Sequence record: PV660463
Length of the DNA: 64,000 nt
Source: Escherichia phage LF82-41
Strand: one strand, 5' to 3'
Shown: positions 41,313 through 50,788 of the stretch, piece after piece
How the letters are laid out: each line of letters opens with the position of its first letter
Numbering within the stretch: the first letter of the stretch is position 1
Translations under genes and position numbers: made by a program
Notes under the pieces: model-generated
Databases searched by the model: none
Seen by the model: the letters and a program-made list of their open reading frames with translations, nothing else
Told to the model about the DNA's origin: nothing

Positions 41313-42413
41313 TTACGCTGTGAAGATTTTATCCCACATCGCAACAACTGCATCTCGGTTATACTTCTTCCATACTGCTTCAGCACGTTTAACTCGAGCT
41401 TCGTATGTGTCAGTGAATTCTAATACAGCTTTTGTGTAAAGCGCAACTACTTCTTTCTTAGGAGTAGAGGAATCAATTTCTACACGCACAGTATCTGGGT
41501 CGTATTCGAATGTCGCGTGCGGATAATCCTTAAAAACTAACTGAATCACAGGGACACCTTTAGAGATGGCTTCAATAGAACTATTCTCTACCGTACCCGT
41601 GTCAGGACACGTATTGATAAGTGCTTTAGCTGTTTTAAGACGTTCCATGATTTCACTGTGTGGAGCATCAATAATAACAGGATACTTAGCCGGCGGTGCC
41701 CATTTACTAGGACAGTATCCTGCACCATTTTCGCCTAGTGCTTTAATCGCTTCAAGAGCAACATCAGTACGACGCATTTTAGTGTCATAACGTTGTGCAC
41801 TAATAATCAGATCAGTCGCCGGAAGAACTTCAGGTTTATCATTCAAACAAATAACCGGATAATCTTCGGCTTCAAACAACGGATTTGCTCGCCAATAATC
41901 ATAATCAATTTTGCCAGTCAGACCTGAAGTCATATAACAATATTTGCGTTCAAATTCACGGAAGGCTTTAGTAGGAGCATAACTCTTACCACCGTTCTTA
42001 TGAATTTGAATAGTCTGGTCCCAAATTTGAACAATGCCACGAGATACCGGTTCAAATGGTGTTGCCATAAAATTCTTATGAACTTTAGAGAGACCTGCGT
42101 CTTTAATTGCCTGAACGGTTAGTTTGGTCGGTTCCATTGTAACAACGAAATCGTACTCATTAATGCCGGCTAGTTCAACAATCTTACGAGCCATAGTATA
42201 ACTCATACCTAGACTGAATTTAGTCAGATGACCAACAGGATGATGATTAACCTTCCAGTCACCAAACGTGTCATTATCAAAGCCGATATAATCAATATCA
42301 GCACCGATGGACACAAGATATTTCAATACATTTAAATGTACTGCTTCAAGACCACCTTGTACACGTTCTGGGTTAAATGGGACTGCGCGAGATGGGATAA
42401 ACATAACTTTCAT
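41313..42413 (-). CDS. GT-B fold glycosyltransferase (GT4-like); candidate DNA sugar-modifying enzyme
   Basis: 366 aa; N-terminal Rossmann start MKVMFIPS...GGLE; C-terminal nucleotide-sugar-binding segment GTVENSSIEAISKGVPVI resembling the GT4 consensus EGFGLVLLEAMAAGKPVI; RBS AAGG; no similarity to recalled T4 alpha-gt or beta-gt. Confidence 0.7.
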   Translation of the reverse strand: MKVMFIPSRAVPFNPERVQGGLEAVHLNVLKYLVSIGADIDYIGFDNDTFGDWKVNHHPVGHLTKFSLGMSYTMARKIVELAGINEYDFVVTMEPTKLTVQAIKDAGLSKVHKNFMATPFEPVSRGIVQIWDQTIQIHKNGGKSYAPTKAFREFERKYCYMTSGLTGKIDYDYWRANPLFEAEDYPVICLNDKPEVLPATDLIISAQRYDTKMRRTDVALEAIKALGENGAGYCPSKWAPPAKYPVIIDAPHSEIMERLKTAKALINTCPDTGTVENSSIEAISKGVPVIQLVFKDYPHATFEYDPDTVRVEIDSSTPKKEVVALYTKAVLEFTDTYEARVKRAEAVWKKYNRDAVVAMWDKIFTA

Positions 42414-42440
42414 AATTAAGCCTTATTAAAATTAAAATGA

Positions 42441-42456
42441 AGCTCCCGAAGGAGCT
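42441..42456 (-). terminator. hairpin after topoisomerase gene 39
   Basis: AGCTCC-CGAA-GGAGCT. Confidence 0.4.
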
Positions 42457-44273
42457 TAGGACATCCATTCTTTACGAAGTTCTGAATCATCACCCATCAG
42501 CATTTCAAAGAGTTCTTTCCAATTTTCAGGAAGTTTAACTACGTCGTACACAGGGTTCTGAATCATTTCACGATACTCTGACTTTTCAAGGGAGCCTAAT
42601 CCCTTGATGTATCGAATACTATGCTTAGGCAGTGTATCTTTAACTTCTTCATACTCAGCTACAGTATAAAACCATTTTTGAGTTTTGCCAATTTGTGCAA
42701 TAATTACAGGTGTTTTAACAAAGCGAATACGTCCTTGTTCAAACAATTCAGGCCAATTACTAAAGAAAGCAAGCAAAGCAGGATAAATACTTCCAAGGCC
42801 GTCATGATCGGCATCGGTCATAATTGCAATATTACGATAGTTCGTATTCTCTGCCTTTTCACCAAGAATAAGACCTGTGATAGCACAGATATCAAAGAGC
42901 TCTTTGTTCTTCATCATATCAGCATATGACATACCCCAGCTATTCATCACCTTACCACGTAATGGGAATCCGCCGTGTAGTTCACGGTCACGAACATCAA
43001 TGAGATAACCAATTGCCGAATCACCTTCTGTTAAGAACAATGTCGTATCTGCATCTTTACCACATTGGTTAGCTTTAATATGTTTATGAACCTTAGCTTT
43101 AGTTGCCTTTTTAGCTGCTTTAGTTTCTGCTGCCTTTTCTGCTGCCAATTTACGAGCTAATGCTGCTTCAACAATAGGCATAATCAAGGCTTCATTTTTA
43201 AGAAGTGCCTGAGCAATTTTCTTAGCATCTAATTGGATATGATTACGAATATCACCATACGTTGACGTTAAACGTTCTTTAGTCTGAGAATCAAAACGCA
43301 TGTTGCTCATGTCTCTAATAAACATCAACATTGTGAGACATTCTTTAACACGAGCTTTAGTGACTTCAATACCCTTATATTTCTTTTTAATACCCGGCAA
43401 AAGATGTTCGCAGATATCGTCCATTACACATTCAACATGATGACCACCATTTTTAGTATGGATGTTATTCACATAAGTTAAATGACGGAAGCCATCTGGT
43501 GATGTTGTGAATGCTATAGAGACTTTATCATTTTCTTGAATGATATTATCTTCACCAAATTGTTTAGCAAATCGTTTAAAATTACCATCAACCTTTTTAC
43601 CATTAAATGTGAACTTGATATCAGGATAAACGACTGCCAATGTTTGAAGTCGGTCTAAAGTAATATCTAAATAAATTTGAGATAAATTATGCTCTTCAAA
43701 TGAAGTGAAATCAGGAGTGAATATTACTTTAGTGCCTTTACCTTTAGATTTCTTAGAAGACCATGATTTGTTTTCCATTCCGTTTGAACAGTTAACAGTG
43801 ATTTCATTTTCGCCATCTGACGTGATGCCTGTAAACAACGTAGAGAAGATATTAGTTAAACTACTCCCGACGCCGTTCATACCACCAGTCTTGCGTTCAG
43901 AGTCATCGCCAAAGTTACCACCGGCCTTTGGAATAGTCCAGGCTGCTACAGGCCCAGGAATTTGTTCACCTGTTTGGTCTGTAACTAAACCTTGAGGAAT
44001 ACCACGTCCGTTATCTTCCACTGAAACTTGATTATTTTTAATTTGCACATCAATTTTATTTGCAAACTTAAATGATGTACGAATAGCTTCATCAACCGAG
44101 TTGTCAATAATCTCATCGATTAATTTAACCAGACCAGGAACATATTCAACTTGTTGATATTTACCAAACAAAAAACGCTCATGGGCTTCTTTGGCCGAAG
44201 AACCAATATACATGCCACTACGTTTCTTAATATGTTCTACATCTGACAGTACCTTAATTTCATTTTTAATCAT
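42456..44273 (-). CDS. 39: DNA topoisomerase II large subunit (GyrB-like), single uninterrupted ORF
   Basis: 605 aa; GHKL ATPase VSVEDNGRGIP and Toprim LFLTEGDSAIGY; corresponds to T4 genes 39+60 fused. Confidence 0.93.
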   Translation of the reverse strand: MIKNEIKVLSDVEHIKKRSGMYIGSSAKEAHERFLFGKYQQVEYVPGLVKLIDEIIDNSVDEAIRTSFKFANKIDVQIKNNQVSVEDNGRGIPQGLVTDQTGEQIPGPVAAWTIPKAGGNFGDDSERKTGGMNGVGSSLTNIFSTLFTGITSDGENEITVNCSNGMENKSWSSKKSKGKGTKVIFTPDFTSFEEHNLSQIYLDITLDRLQTLAVVYPDIKFTFNGKKVDGNFKRFAKQFGEDNIIQENDKVSIAFTTSPDGFRHLTYVNNIHTKNGGHHVECVMDDICEHLLPGIKKKYKGIEVTKARVKECLTMLMFIRDMSNMRFDSQTKERLTSTYGDIRNHIQLDAKKIAQALLKNEALIMPIVEAALARKLAAEKAAETKAAKKATKAKVHKHIKANQCGKDADTTLFLTEGDSAIGYLIDVRDRELHGGFPLRGKVMNSWGMSYADMMKNKELFDICAITGLILGEKAENTNYRNIAIMTDADHDGLGSIYPALLAFFSNWPELFEQGRIRFVKTPVIIAQIGKTQKWFYTVAEYEEVKDTLPKHSIRYIKGLGSLEKSEYREMIQNPVYDVVKLPENWKELFEMLMGDDSELRKEWMS

Positions 44274-44324
44274 GTTGTCTCCTCGTTATGAAGGTATTCT
44301 ATCATCCGAAATCTAAAGCAAAAA

Positions 44325-44336
44325 GGGCCGAAGCCC
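44325..44336 (-). terminator. hairpin after goF-like gene
   Basis: rc GGGC-UUCG-GCCC followed by UUUUUGCUUU. Confidence 0.5.
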
Positions 44337-44762
44337 TTATTTAAATTTAATTTTCTGAAGTGCATCAATTGCAGCCAGTCGCCCTTGTTCACTTTTAACT
44401 GTAATGACCACATCGCCTGATACGATCACCGAACCATCAACAAATTCTATAGAGCCTTTTTTGAAATCAACAGATGTATCTGGTTCCGGAACTTCTTCAA
44501 AGAATTTAAATTCTGCACCATAAAGCAGAATATCACCTTGCATACTATGAATAGTTCGGCCATAATCGCCTACGGCTTCTACAGCAATCACTGAAACGCC
44601 GTAACCAATCATCTCTTCTACAATAAAATCTTTGGACAATAAAGTAGTATGCAGATTAGTATTAAGACGTTTACCAGTCGTATTAAGAATTCTCAAGAAA
44701 TTATCTTCCTGTCCTTTGATAATACGATATTTCTTACCAACTTCAAAACCTTTAAAAGCCAT
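44337..44762 (-). CDS. hypothetical protein (141 aa); goF-like by size and position
   Basis: Same length as T4 goF, immediately downstream of gene 39; identity not verifiable. Confidence 0.45.
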   Translation of the reverse strand: MAFKGFEVGKKYRIIKGQEDNFLRILNTTGKRLNTNLHTTLLSKDFIVEEMIGYGVSVIAVEAVGDYGRTIHSMQGDILLYGAEFKFFEEVPEPDTSVDFKKGSIEFVDGSVIVSGDVVITVKSEQGRLAAIDALQKIKFK

Positions 44763-44764
44763 AA

Positions 44765-44944
44765 TTAACCCTTCTTAAGTAAGTCGTAAAAACCACCGTT
44801 CACATGTTTAGGAGCAGAAACCCGACGAGTAGACAGACGATGACATTCAGGGCAAACATCGTTTTCTCGTTCAGAAATCCTTTTAATTTTTTCATATTCA
44901 TGTCCACAATCTTCAGATTGACATTTATAGTCGTATAACGGCAT
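44765..44944 (-). CDS. small zinc-ribbon protein (59 aa, FmdB-like CxxC...CxxC)
   Basis: My own translation MPLYDYKCQSEDCGHEYEKIKRISERENDVCPECHRL...; below track cutoff; tightly packed between neighbours. Confidence 0.5.
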   Translation of the reverse strand: MPLYDYKCQSEDCGHEYEKIKRISERENDVCPECHRLSTRRVSAPKHVNGGFYDLLKKG

Positions 44945-44946
44945 TA

Positions 44947-45357
44947 TTATTCCTTAAAATGTGCTTTCAACATTTGATACAAAGACCATGCCTGGTCGTT
45001 ATTTTCGATAGTAATCGTCATCACAGGAAATTCAGACAATTCGTCAAGTTCGTCAGAATCTTGCTCTTCAGACTCTTGATATGGATTTCCAACTTCATCA
45101 AAAAACTCTGCTTCACTAGTAGAGAGCCAGATAAAGTTTTCATCAAGAATATCACCACCTGTCGCGTATCCAACCATGCCAGTAGATGTCACAATTTTAG
45201 TAGGACGTCCAAGATGGTCAACATCTAATACTTTAAATGGTTCCATGCCAAGACGTCGTGCATAAATCCCATTATCAGTATGGTCTTTAATAAACTCTTC
45301 TTGGGCACGTTTATCTTTAAATTGGTACCATGAGTTAACGCGGAATTTATTAGCCAT
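44947..45357 (-). CDS. hypothetical acidic protein (about 136 aa)
   Basis: Track ORF trimmed to MANKF start with RBS GGAAGGAAA. Confidence 0.45.
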   Translation of the reverse strand: MANKFRVNSWYQFKDKRAQEEFIKDHTDNGIYARRLGMEPFKVLDVDHLGRPTKIVTSTGMVGYATGGDILDENFIWLSTSEAEFFDEVGNPYQESEEQDSDELDELSEFPVMTITIENNDQAWSLYQMLKAHFKE

Positions 45358-45629
45358 TAGTAAGTTTCCTTCCAATAAGTTGTACCGTTTTCAGTGATTT
45401 CACGGAAGATACCATAGATAGGCATTTCATCACCGAGTTTTTCGTAAACGTAAACCACTTCGGTGTAGCATAAAAATTCGGTCCAGCTTTTCTGTACAAC
45501 AACTAAATCAGGATTAAACAGAACATCTTCAAACTCATCGATGTTTGAATCAGTAGTTACGTTTTTAATGATTTGACGTTTCATAATATTCTCCTCTTGT
45601 TTTGATAGGTCTATAGTATCATAGACCAT
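45357..45629 (-). CDS. hypothetical protein (90 aa)
   Basis: ORF track. Confidence 0.4.
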   Translation of the reverse strand: MVYDTIDLSKQEENIMKRQIIKNVTTDSNIDEFEDVLFNPDLVVVQKSWTEFLCYTEVVYVYEKLGDEMPIYGIFREITENGTTYWKETY

Positions 45630-45641
45630 AGTTGTTGTACA

Positions 45642-46166
45642 TCATTTTAGCAAAATAAAATCAACTTGTTCTGCCAATGAACGTCTAAACATTAATTGAC
45701 AACTTCCGAGGATGAAATCAGGTGCTTCATAGACCGCGATGTAGTATCCTTTAGCTTTCAAGAGTTCAACATCCACTTGGTCATCAAACCATGCATAAAC
45801 CGCGTCAACACTTTCAAATCCAAAATAGAACCCTTGAGCCCAATCTTCGTTCAATTCAAATGTGTGCTCAATTCTATAGTATCTTAAGATATTTTGTTCA
45901 AGGAGTTTGTCTTCATTTACTGTAGGACGATTAGGGACATTATAGTTGTCGCCGTGATGGTAGAAGTTACCTGAGAGTATTCCATGCTTATCAAGGAACT
46001 CCCATGTTTCTTCAGAGTTGTCGGTGCCCGACCAACCGTATGGCGAACGAGGTTCTTTATTCCAAGAGGTTTCCCAAATTCTGACGGCTTTACCATCTTC
46101 GATAGCAACTCCTGGTAAAGATTCACGTTGAGTGCAAAAACTACGTTCTACGCGGTAAACTAACAT
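45642..46166 (-). CDS. hypothetical protein (174 aa)
   Basis: ORF track; promoter at 46191-46221. Confidence 0.45.
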   Translation of the reverse strand: MLVYRVERSFCTQRESLPGVAIEDGKAVRIWETSWNKEPRSPYGWSGTDNSEETWEFLDKHGILSGNFYHHGDNYNVPNRPTVNEDKLLEQNILRYYRIEHTFELNEDWAQGFYFGFESVDAVYAWFDDQVDVELLKAKGYYIAVYEAPDFILGSCQLMFRRSLAEQVDFILLK

Positions 46167-46190
46167 ATTATTCTCCTCTGGTTGATATGG

Positions 46191-46221
46191 TTATAATATC
46201 AAAAACAGAGGAGAAGTAAAC
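46191..46221 (-). promoter_or_regulatory. early-type promoter
   Basis: rc: GTTTAC-N17-TATTAT. Confidence 0.5.
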
Positions 46222-46225
46222 AACT

Positions 46226-46645
46226 TTATGCAAAAGATGCTGGACAATATTTTTTGATTTGGAACTCAGGAACTACCATGAACTGTCCAGCGAAAACGAT
46301 GTTATAAAGCTTAACACCATCTTCTACCCAACGGTCGCTAATAAATCCGGCTATTTGCTTAGTTTTCCATGGCGTTCCATCAGTTGCAGCATCAATAGTA
46401 AATTCATGGTCTTTTACAACTAAAACAGACCTGCATAGTTTCCATTTGAACGCTTTTTCTTCTGGTTCAATGAATTGGCTTTTAACGTAACCAATGTTGC
46501 CATCAGCATCACGAACTTTAACTTCATTGCGACCAAAAACAGGATCACTTACATAAAGAACTTCAACCAACTTACCAGCAACTTTAGAGCGAGAAGCATC
46601 CGATACGTGTACGTAATCACCAATAGAGAGATTTACAATATTCAT
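46226..46645 (-). CDS. paralog family member A (139 aa)
   Basis: Shares C-terminal motif GFISDRWVEDGVKLYNIVFAGQF with two adjacent ORFs. Confidence 0.5.
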   Translation of the reverse strand: MNIVNLSIGDYVHVSDASRSKVAGKLVEVLYVSDPVFGRNEVKVRDADGNIGYVKSQFIEPEEKAFKWKLCRSVLVVKDHEFTIDAATDGTPWKTKQIAGFISDRWVEDGVKLYNIVFAGQFMVVPEFQIKKYCPASFA

Positions 46646-46654
46646 AATAATTCC

Positions 46655-47110
46655 TTAAGCTTTACGAGGAGACACATAGCGAGTGATTTCAGATTCTTTA
46701 ACAACTCGGAAGTCACCTAAGAATACGATATTGTATAACTTTTCACCATCTTCAACCCATTGGTCACTAATGAAGCCACACATAATATCAGTTTTGTTTG
46801 GATAACCGTATTCATCGATGAAGTCAAATTCTTTATCAGTCTGGAATTCAACACCTTTGCAAAGGGCCCATTTGAACTGTACATTGGGTTCAGTAGAAGC
46901 AAAATGAGCGCTCACATGAGTTTCCAAGAATTTAGGACTTACGTAAGCGTACTGAGTTTCAGTTTTTCCAGAACTAGGAATGATTCGAACTTTAACTTCT
47001 TTAACACGACCAGTACCATTAGTACGAAGTCCTACCACTTCAACTAGACGACCTGCAGCTTTAGAACGAGATGCAGACGATACACGCTTAATTTCACCAA
47101 TAGTAATCAT
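46655..47110 (-). CDS. paralog family member B (about 151 aa)
   Basis: Motif GFISDQWVEDGEKLYNIVFLGDF; start moved to ATG at 47110 (downstream of promoter that lies inside the track ORF). Confidence 0.5.
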   Translation of the reverse strand: MITIGEIKRVSSASRSKAAGRLVEVVGLRTNGTGRVKEVKVRIIPSSGKTETQYAYVSPKFLETHVSAHFASTEPNVQFKWALCKGVEFQTDKEFDFIDEYGYPNKTDIMCGFISDQWVEDGEKLYNIVFLGDFRVVKESEITRYVSPRKA

Positions 47111-47172
47111 AATTTCTCTCTCTTTGTTTAAGTTGAATTCATTATACTCCATCCGTCCTTGGATGTACAACA

Positions 47173-47667
47173 TTAATTAAGGATATTAACCACAGCACTA
47201 CGTGGAACTACACTAAAATCACCTGCATGAACAACGTTCAGAAGTTCAACACCGTCTTCAATCCACTGATCAGTTACCCATCCATTTACTGGACCAGCGA
47301 ATGGTCGTCGAATTGAAACATATTTACACAACAAATCAGTAGGCTCAATAGGCTTAATCAGAGTACCATACATACAAGCGATATCCATATCAATACAGAT
47401 GTCTTTAACAGGTTCTACTTCTTCAATCAACAGTTCAAAGTCGGTGCTTGGAAGGGCGGTAGTAGAAATTGTACCATATGAATTTTTAATTTCTAAGAAT
47501 AACCAAGGGCCTTCAACTTGTTTGATGAAGTTAACAATAGTGAAACTATTACCTTGAGTGGCACCTAAAATTTCACAAAACTTTTCATAAGCTCGCACTG
47601 AAGCACCGTACCAGTTGATTTGTTTTTCATCTTTCAGGATGTAAGTAGCCGTGGTATTGATATTCAT
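47173..47667 (-). CDS. paralog family member C (164 aa)
   Basis: Motif GWVTDQWIEDGVELLNVVHAGDF; promoter at 47696-47725. Confidence 0.5.
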   Translation of the reverse strand: MNINTTATYILKDEKQINWYGASVRAYEKFCEILGATQGNSFTIVNFIKQVEGPWLFLEIKNSYGTISTTALPSTDFELLIEEVEPVKDICIDMDIACMYGTLIKPIEPTDLLCKYVSIRRPFAGPVNGWVTDQWIEDGVELLNVVHAGDFSVVPRSAVVNILN

Positions 47668-47695
47668 AATATTTTCCTCTCGTTAAGATAGGTTC

Positions 47696-47725
47696 ATTAT
47701 ACTCCAACCATCCTTGGTTGTAAAC
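47696..47725 (-). promoter_or_regulatory. early-type promoter
   Basis: rc: GTTTAC-N18-TATAAT. Confidence 0.55.
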
Positions 47726-47730
47726 TGGTT

Positions 47731-48408
47731 TTATCGCTGTTTTACACTTAACGGGTCAGGATTCTCAGGGACATCTTCAAGGCCAAGCGCATAACGCTGA
47801 GCATATTTTAACATCAAAATATCTTTAGCACAATCGTGAATACTATCATGGGCAACGAATCCTTTTAGCGTACCCATCGGTAATGGACACATACTTAATC
47901 CTCGTGTCAACGAGTAAGCTTCGATTGCCGTACGAATATCACGTTGAGCCCAGAATTTAACAGGTTCTAATTTATCGGTATCAATATCTGGTTCAAGAAC
48001 ACCTTCATCACGATAGAGGTCACGAATCAAATCGACCAAGATAGGGAAGTCAAAGCTCATACCACGGCACCACATCTGTGATTTCCATTGGTCAACTTTA
48101 TTAGCTCGACAATAATCTAAAAAGATTTTAATGCCTTCAAGCGTAGTGACATCGTCTTCAGACGGGGCCAGGTTTTTACGTGCTTCTGCTGATTGTTCTT
48201 TCCACCATTTCATAGTGGATTTAGCGAAAACTCGCTTCCCTTTTTGAGAAGCTAAATTAAATTTAATTCGCTTACCTCGTTGAACAAGTTCTTCAAATGT
48301 TTCAACAACATCAGGGTCCGAATTATATGCAATAACCGCAAGGTCAATAACAGCAGCTTTTGACGTATTGCCGAATGTTTCAAAATCTATAATAACATCA
48401 GTGCTCAT
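47731..48408 (-). CDS. dexA: exonuclease A (DnaQ-like 3'-5' exonuclease)
   Basis: 225 aa; Exo I-like motif IIDFETFG; adjacent to dda as in T4. Confidence 0.85.
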   Translation of the reverse strand: MSTDVIIDFETFGNTSKAAVIDLAVIAYNSDPDVVETFEELVQRGKRIKFNLASQKGKRVFAKSTMKWWKEQSAEARKNLAPSEDDVTTLEGIKIFLDYCRANKVDQWKSQMWCRGMSFDFPILVDLIRDLYRDEGVLEPDIDTDKLEPVKFWAQRDIRTAIEAYSLTRGLSMCPLPMGTLKGFVAHDSIHDCAKDILMLKYAQRYALGLEDVPENPDPLSVKQR

Positions 48409-48417
48409 AATTTTCTC

Positions 48418-49731
48418 TCAAATAAAATGGACGTCAAAACGACCACGAGTTGTGCCGACATACAATAACTGTTTAGCTAGTTCTGAATCGGCATAATGGA
48501 TACACGGTGTATAAACAAAGGCCGTGTCAACAGACATACCCTGGGCCTTATGGAAGGTTGATACTGGTAGTGCCTTCACCTTAGTGAACATGCGTTTAGC
48601 ATCCCAGAATTCGCTCCATGGAGCTTTACCACCTTTATTCCAGAATTTGTATGTTTCTGCAGTCTTAGCCAAAAACAAATTGAATTTATAAAGCTCTTCT
48701 TCAGAAGAAATAACCTTTATATCTTCGCGGACGTATTCTTCATCATCGCCATATGTTTCTACTGTAAGATTCCAGTATCGTATCATATATTCGCCTGAAA
48801 CACCACGTGCTTTAACAAATGTAGACGTTTCTACGGCATCTCGAATACGAACGAATTGCCCGTTATTGAAAAGCATTTCAGACATATTTTTGCCATCTAG
48901 CTTATACGTCTTGGTAAACGGCTCTTGTAGAACAATGACCTCGTCTTTAATAAATGGCTTTTCTGTTTCGAGAAGTTTTCGGCGAATAATTGAATTTAAC
49001 TTGTCCACCGACTTATTTGTGAATGCCATCATTCGATTTTCGAAAAGGTCTTCAGGAGTTTTAACGACATTAAAATAGTTCATCATATATGATTTAAGGT
49101 CTGTATATCCATGAACACCGTGCCCATCAACTACTTTATCATAAATCCATTTGCCATTACGAATATCAGTCGCAACATCAATAATTGGTGCATTGCTACG
49201 TTTAACTTCTGTAAGGTTGCATTGCACGAAGTCTTTGTGAGTGAAGAAAGGACTTAGATACGCAGTTGATTCGCCTGGGTCTACCGGTCGAATCTGGCAT
49301 CGGTCACCAATTCCAATTACTGTACACCATTTAGGGATACTAGCTAACATTATTTTAAACAGAGAACGGTCACACATTGACGCTTCATCAAATAACAGTA
49401 CACGACACAAGGCTAAGTCGGGAACCTTTTTCTGTTCAAACAATACGTTTTCTTCGTATGTGGTTGGGTTGATTTTAAGAATGCTATGAATGGTTGATGC
49501 TTCTTGACCCGCAAGTTTGCTTAGAACCTTTTTAGCAGCATGTGTAGGGGCTGCTAAAATAATACCTGATTCTCCAGAAGAAATAAGGGCTTCAACGATG
49601 AATCTAGTAAGGGTTGTTTTACCTGTACCGGCAGGTCCATTAATAGTTACATGATGTTTCTTTTCTTTAATAGCTTCCATAACAACGTTGAAGGCGTTTT
49701 TCTGGCCTTCAGTCAAATCATCAAATGTCAT
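48418..49731 (-). CDS. dda: DNA helicase Dda (SF1)
   Basis: 437 aa; Walker A GPAGTGKTT. Confidence 0.93.
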   Translation of the reverse strand: MTFDDLTEGQKNAFNVVMEAIKEKKHHVTINGPAGTGKTTLTRFIVEALISSGESGIILAAPTHAAKKVLSKLAGQEASTIHSILKINPTTYEENVLFEQKKVPDLALCRVLLFDEASMCDRSLFKIMLASIPKWCTVIGIGDRCQIRPVDPGESTAYLSPFFTHKDFVQCNLTEVKRSNAPIIDVATDIRNGKWIYDKVVDGHGVHGYTDLKSYMMNYFNVVKTPEDLFENRMMAFTNKSVDKLNSIIRRKLLETEKPFIKDEVIVLQEPFTKTYKLDGKNMSEMLFNNGQFVRIRDAVETSTFVKARGVSGEYMIRYWNLTVETYGDDEEYVREDIKVISSEEELYKFNLFLAKTAETYKFWNKGGKAPWSEFWDAKRMFTKVKALPVSTFHKAQGMSVDTAFVYTPCIHYADSELAKQLLYVGTTRGRFDVHFI

Positions 49732-50039
49732 CGTAAAGTCCCTGCAATTGGAATACTAACAATACGGCCTGTGTCCAGGATTCGTTGATACAATCTTTGC
49801 GTCTCCGCATCTAGTTTAACGTGTTTCATTTCAAGCTTATTAAACCAGAACTTACGCGGAGTTTCGACCATTCTTAGAACTCCCATTTTTAAATCTGTTT
49901 TATACTGTGTTTTCAAAGTATCGAAAACTTTATCTGCAATATCCTTTCTAAAAAATACTGCAGGACGATGCTCATCAAGTGGAACCGGGACAGTAAATCC
50001 TTCCATATCTCGATAAACTATTGCATATACATAAACCAT
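49728..50039 (-). CDS. hypothetical protein (103 aa, dda.1-like)
   Basis: ORF track; overlaps dda start by 4 nt. Confidence 0.5.
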   Translation of the reverse strand: MVYVYAIVYRDMEGFTVPVPLDEHRPAVFFRKDIADKVFDTLKTQYKTDLKMGVLRMVETPRKFWFNKLEMKHVKLDAETQRLYQRILDTGRIVSIPIAGTLR

Positions 50040-50041
50040 AA

Positions 50042-50788
50042 TTAACCTTTAATCAGTTGGAATAATGATGCGCTAAGTGGTAAGCCACGTTTCAATTTTA
50101 ATTTACCAATGAAACCAATCTTTTCAAAACGTTGCAGACCTTGGATAACTTTATCATATGTATCGAAAAGCGATTCAGCGTCAGTTAATTTAGTTTTAGT
50201 TTTCCAGTCAGAGCCTTTAAGAAGAACGTTGAGTTTAGTAAGTTCATGGCCTTCTGCTTGATGTGAGCCATTAATGCGTGCTTTCAAAGCAACAATTCTA
50301 AGTTTAGATTCGTTAGATAAAGGTTGATTTTTCATCATGTTCGCCATATGCTTAACACGATTTTCACGTTTTGCTCGGATTTTTAAAATAGTACCATAAA
50401 CCTTTTTAATTTGGGCCCATTTCTTCTCGTCGAGATTAAGTTTCTCTACTTTACGGGCAGAAGGATTAGCGATACGTCTTGCAATGGCGTCACGTTTCTC
50501 AATAAGTTCTTCTAATGTTAAATCAGAACGAGCCGTGTTATATTTTTTCTTAACCGGGATAACATTACCTTTAATGTAGCCTATATCATTATTAAAACGT
50601 TCTAAGGATAATTTCTCACCTTCAACAGAGTTATTAAAAGATTCACCTGAGTAAGCGCAGACCTTTTGATCAAGAATGTTTTTAAGGTAATTAAAGTCTA
50701 AGTTAAAATCCTTAGAGCGTCTCTTCGCAGAAGCTCTGGTGTGGTCAAGTCGACGATTGATTTTGTTAATTTTATTATTTGATAACAT
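50042..50788 (-). CDS. probable Srd by position; basic 248-aa protein
   Basis: Position between dda.1 and modA and size comparable to T4 Srd; identity not verifiable. Confidence 0.5.
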   Translation of the reverse strand: MLSNNKINKINRRLDHTRASAKRRSKDFNLDFNYLKNILDQKVCAYSGESFNNSVEGEKLSLERFNNDIGYIKGNVIPVKKKYNTARSDLTLEELIEKRDAIARRIANPSARKVEKLNLDEKKWAQIKKVYGTILKIRAKRENRVKHMANMMKNQPLSNESKLRIVALKARINGSHQAEGHELTKLNVLLKGSDWKTKTKLTDAESLFDTYDKVIQGLQRFEKIGFIGKLKLKRGLPLSASLFQLIKG

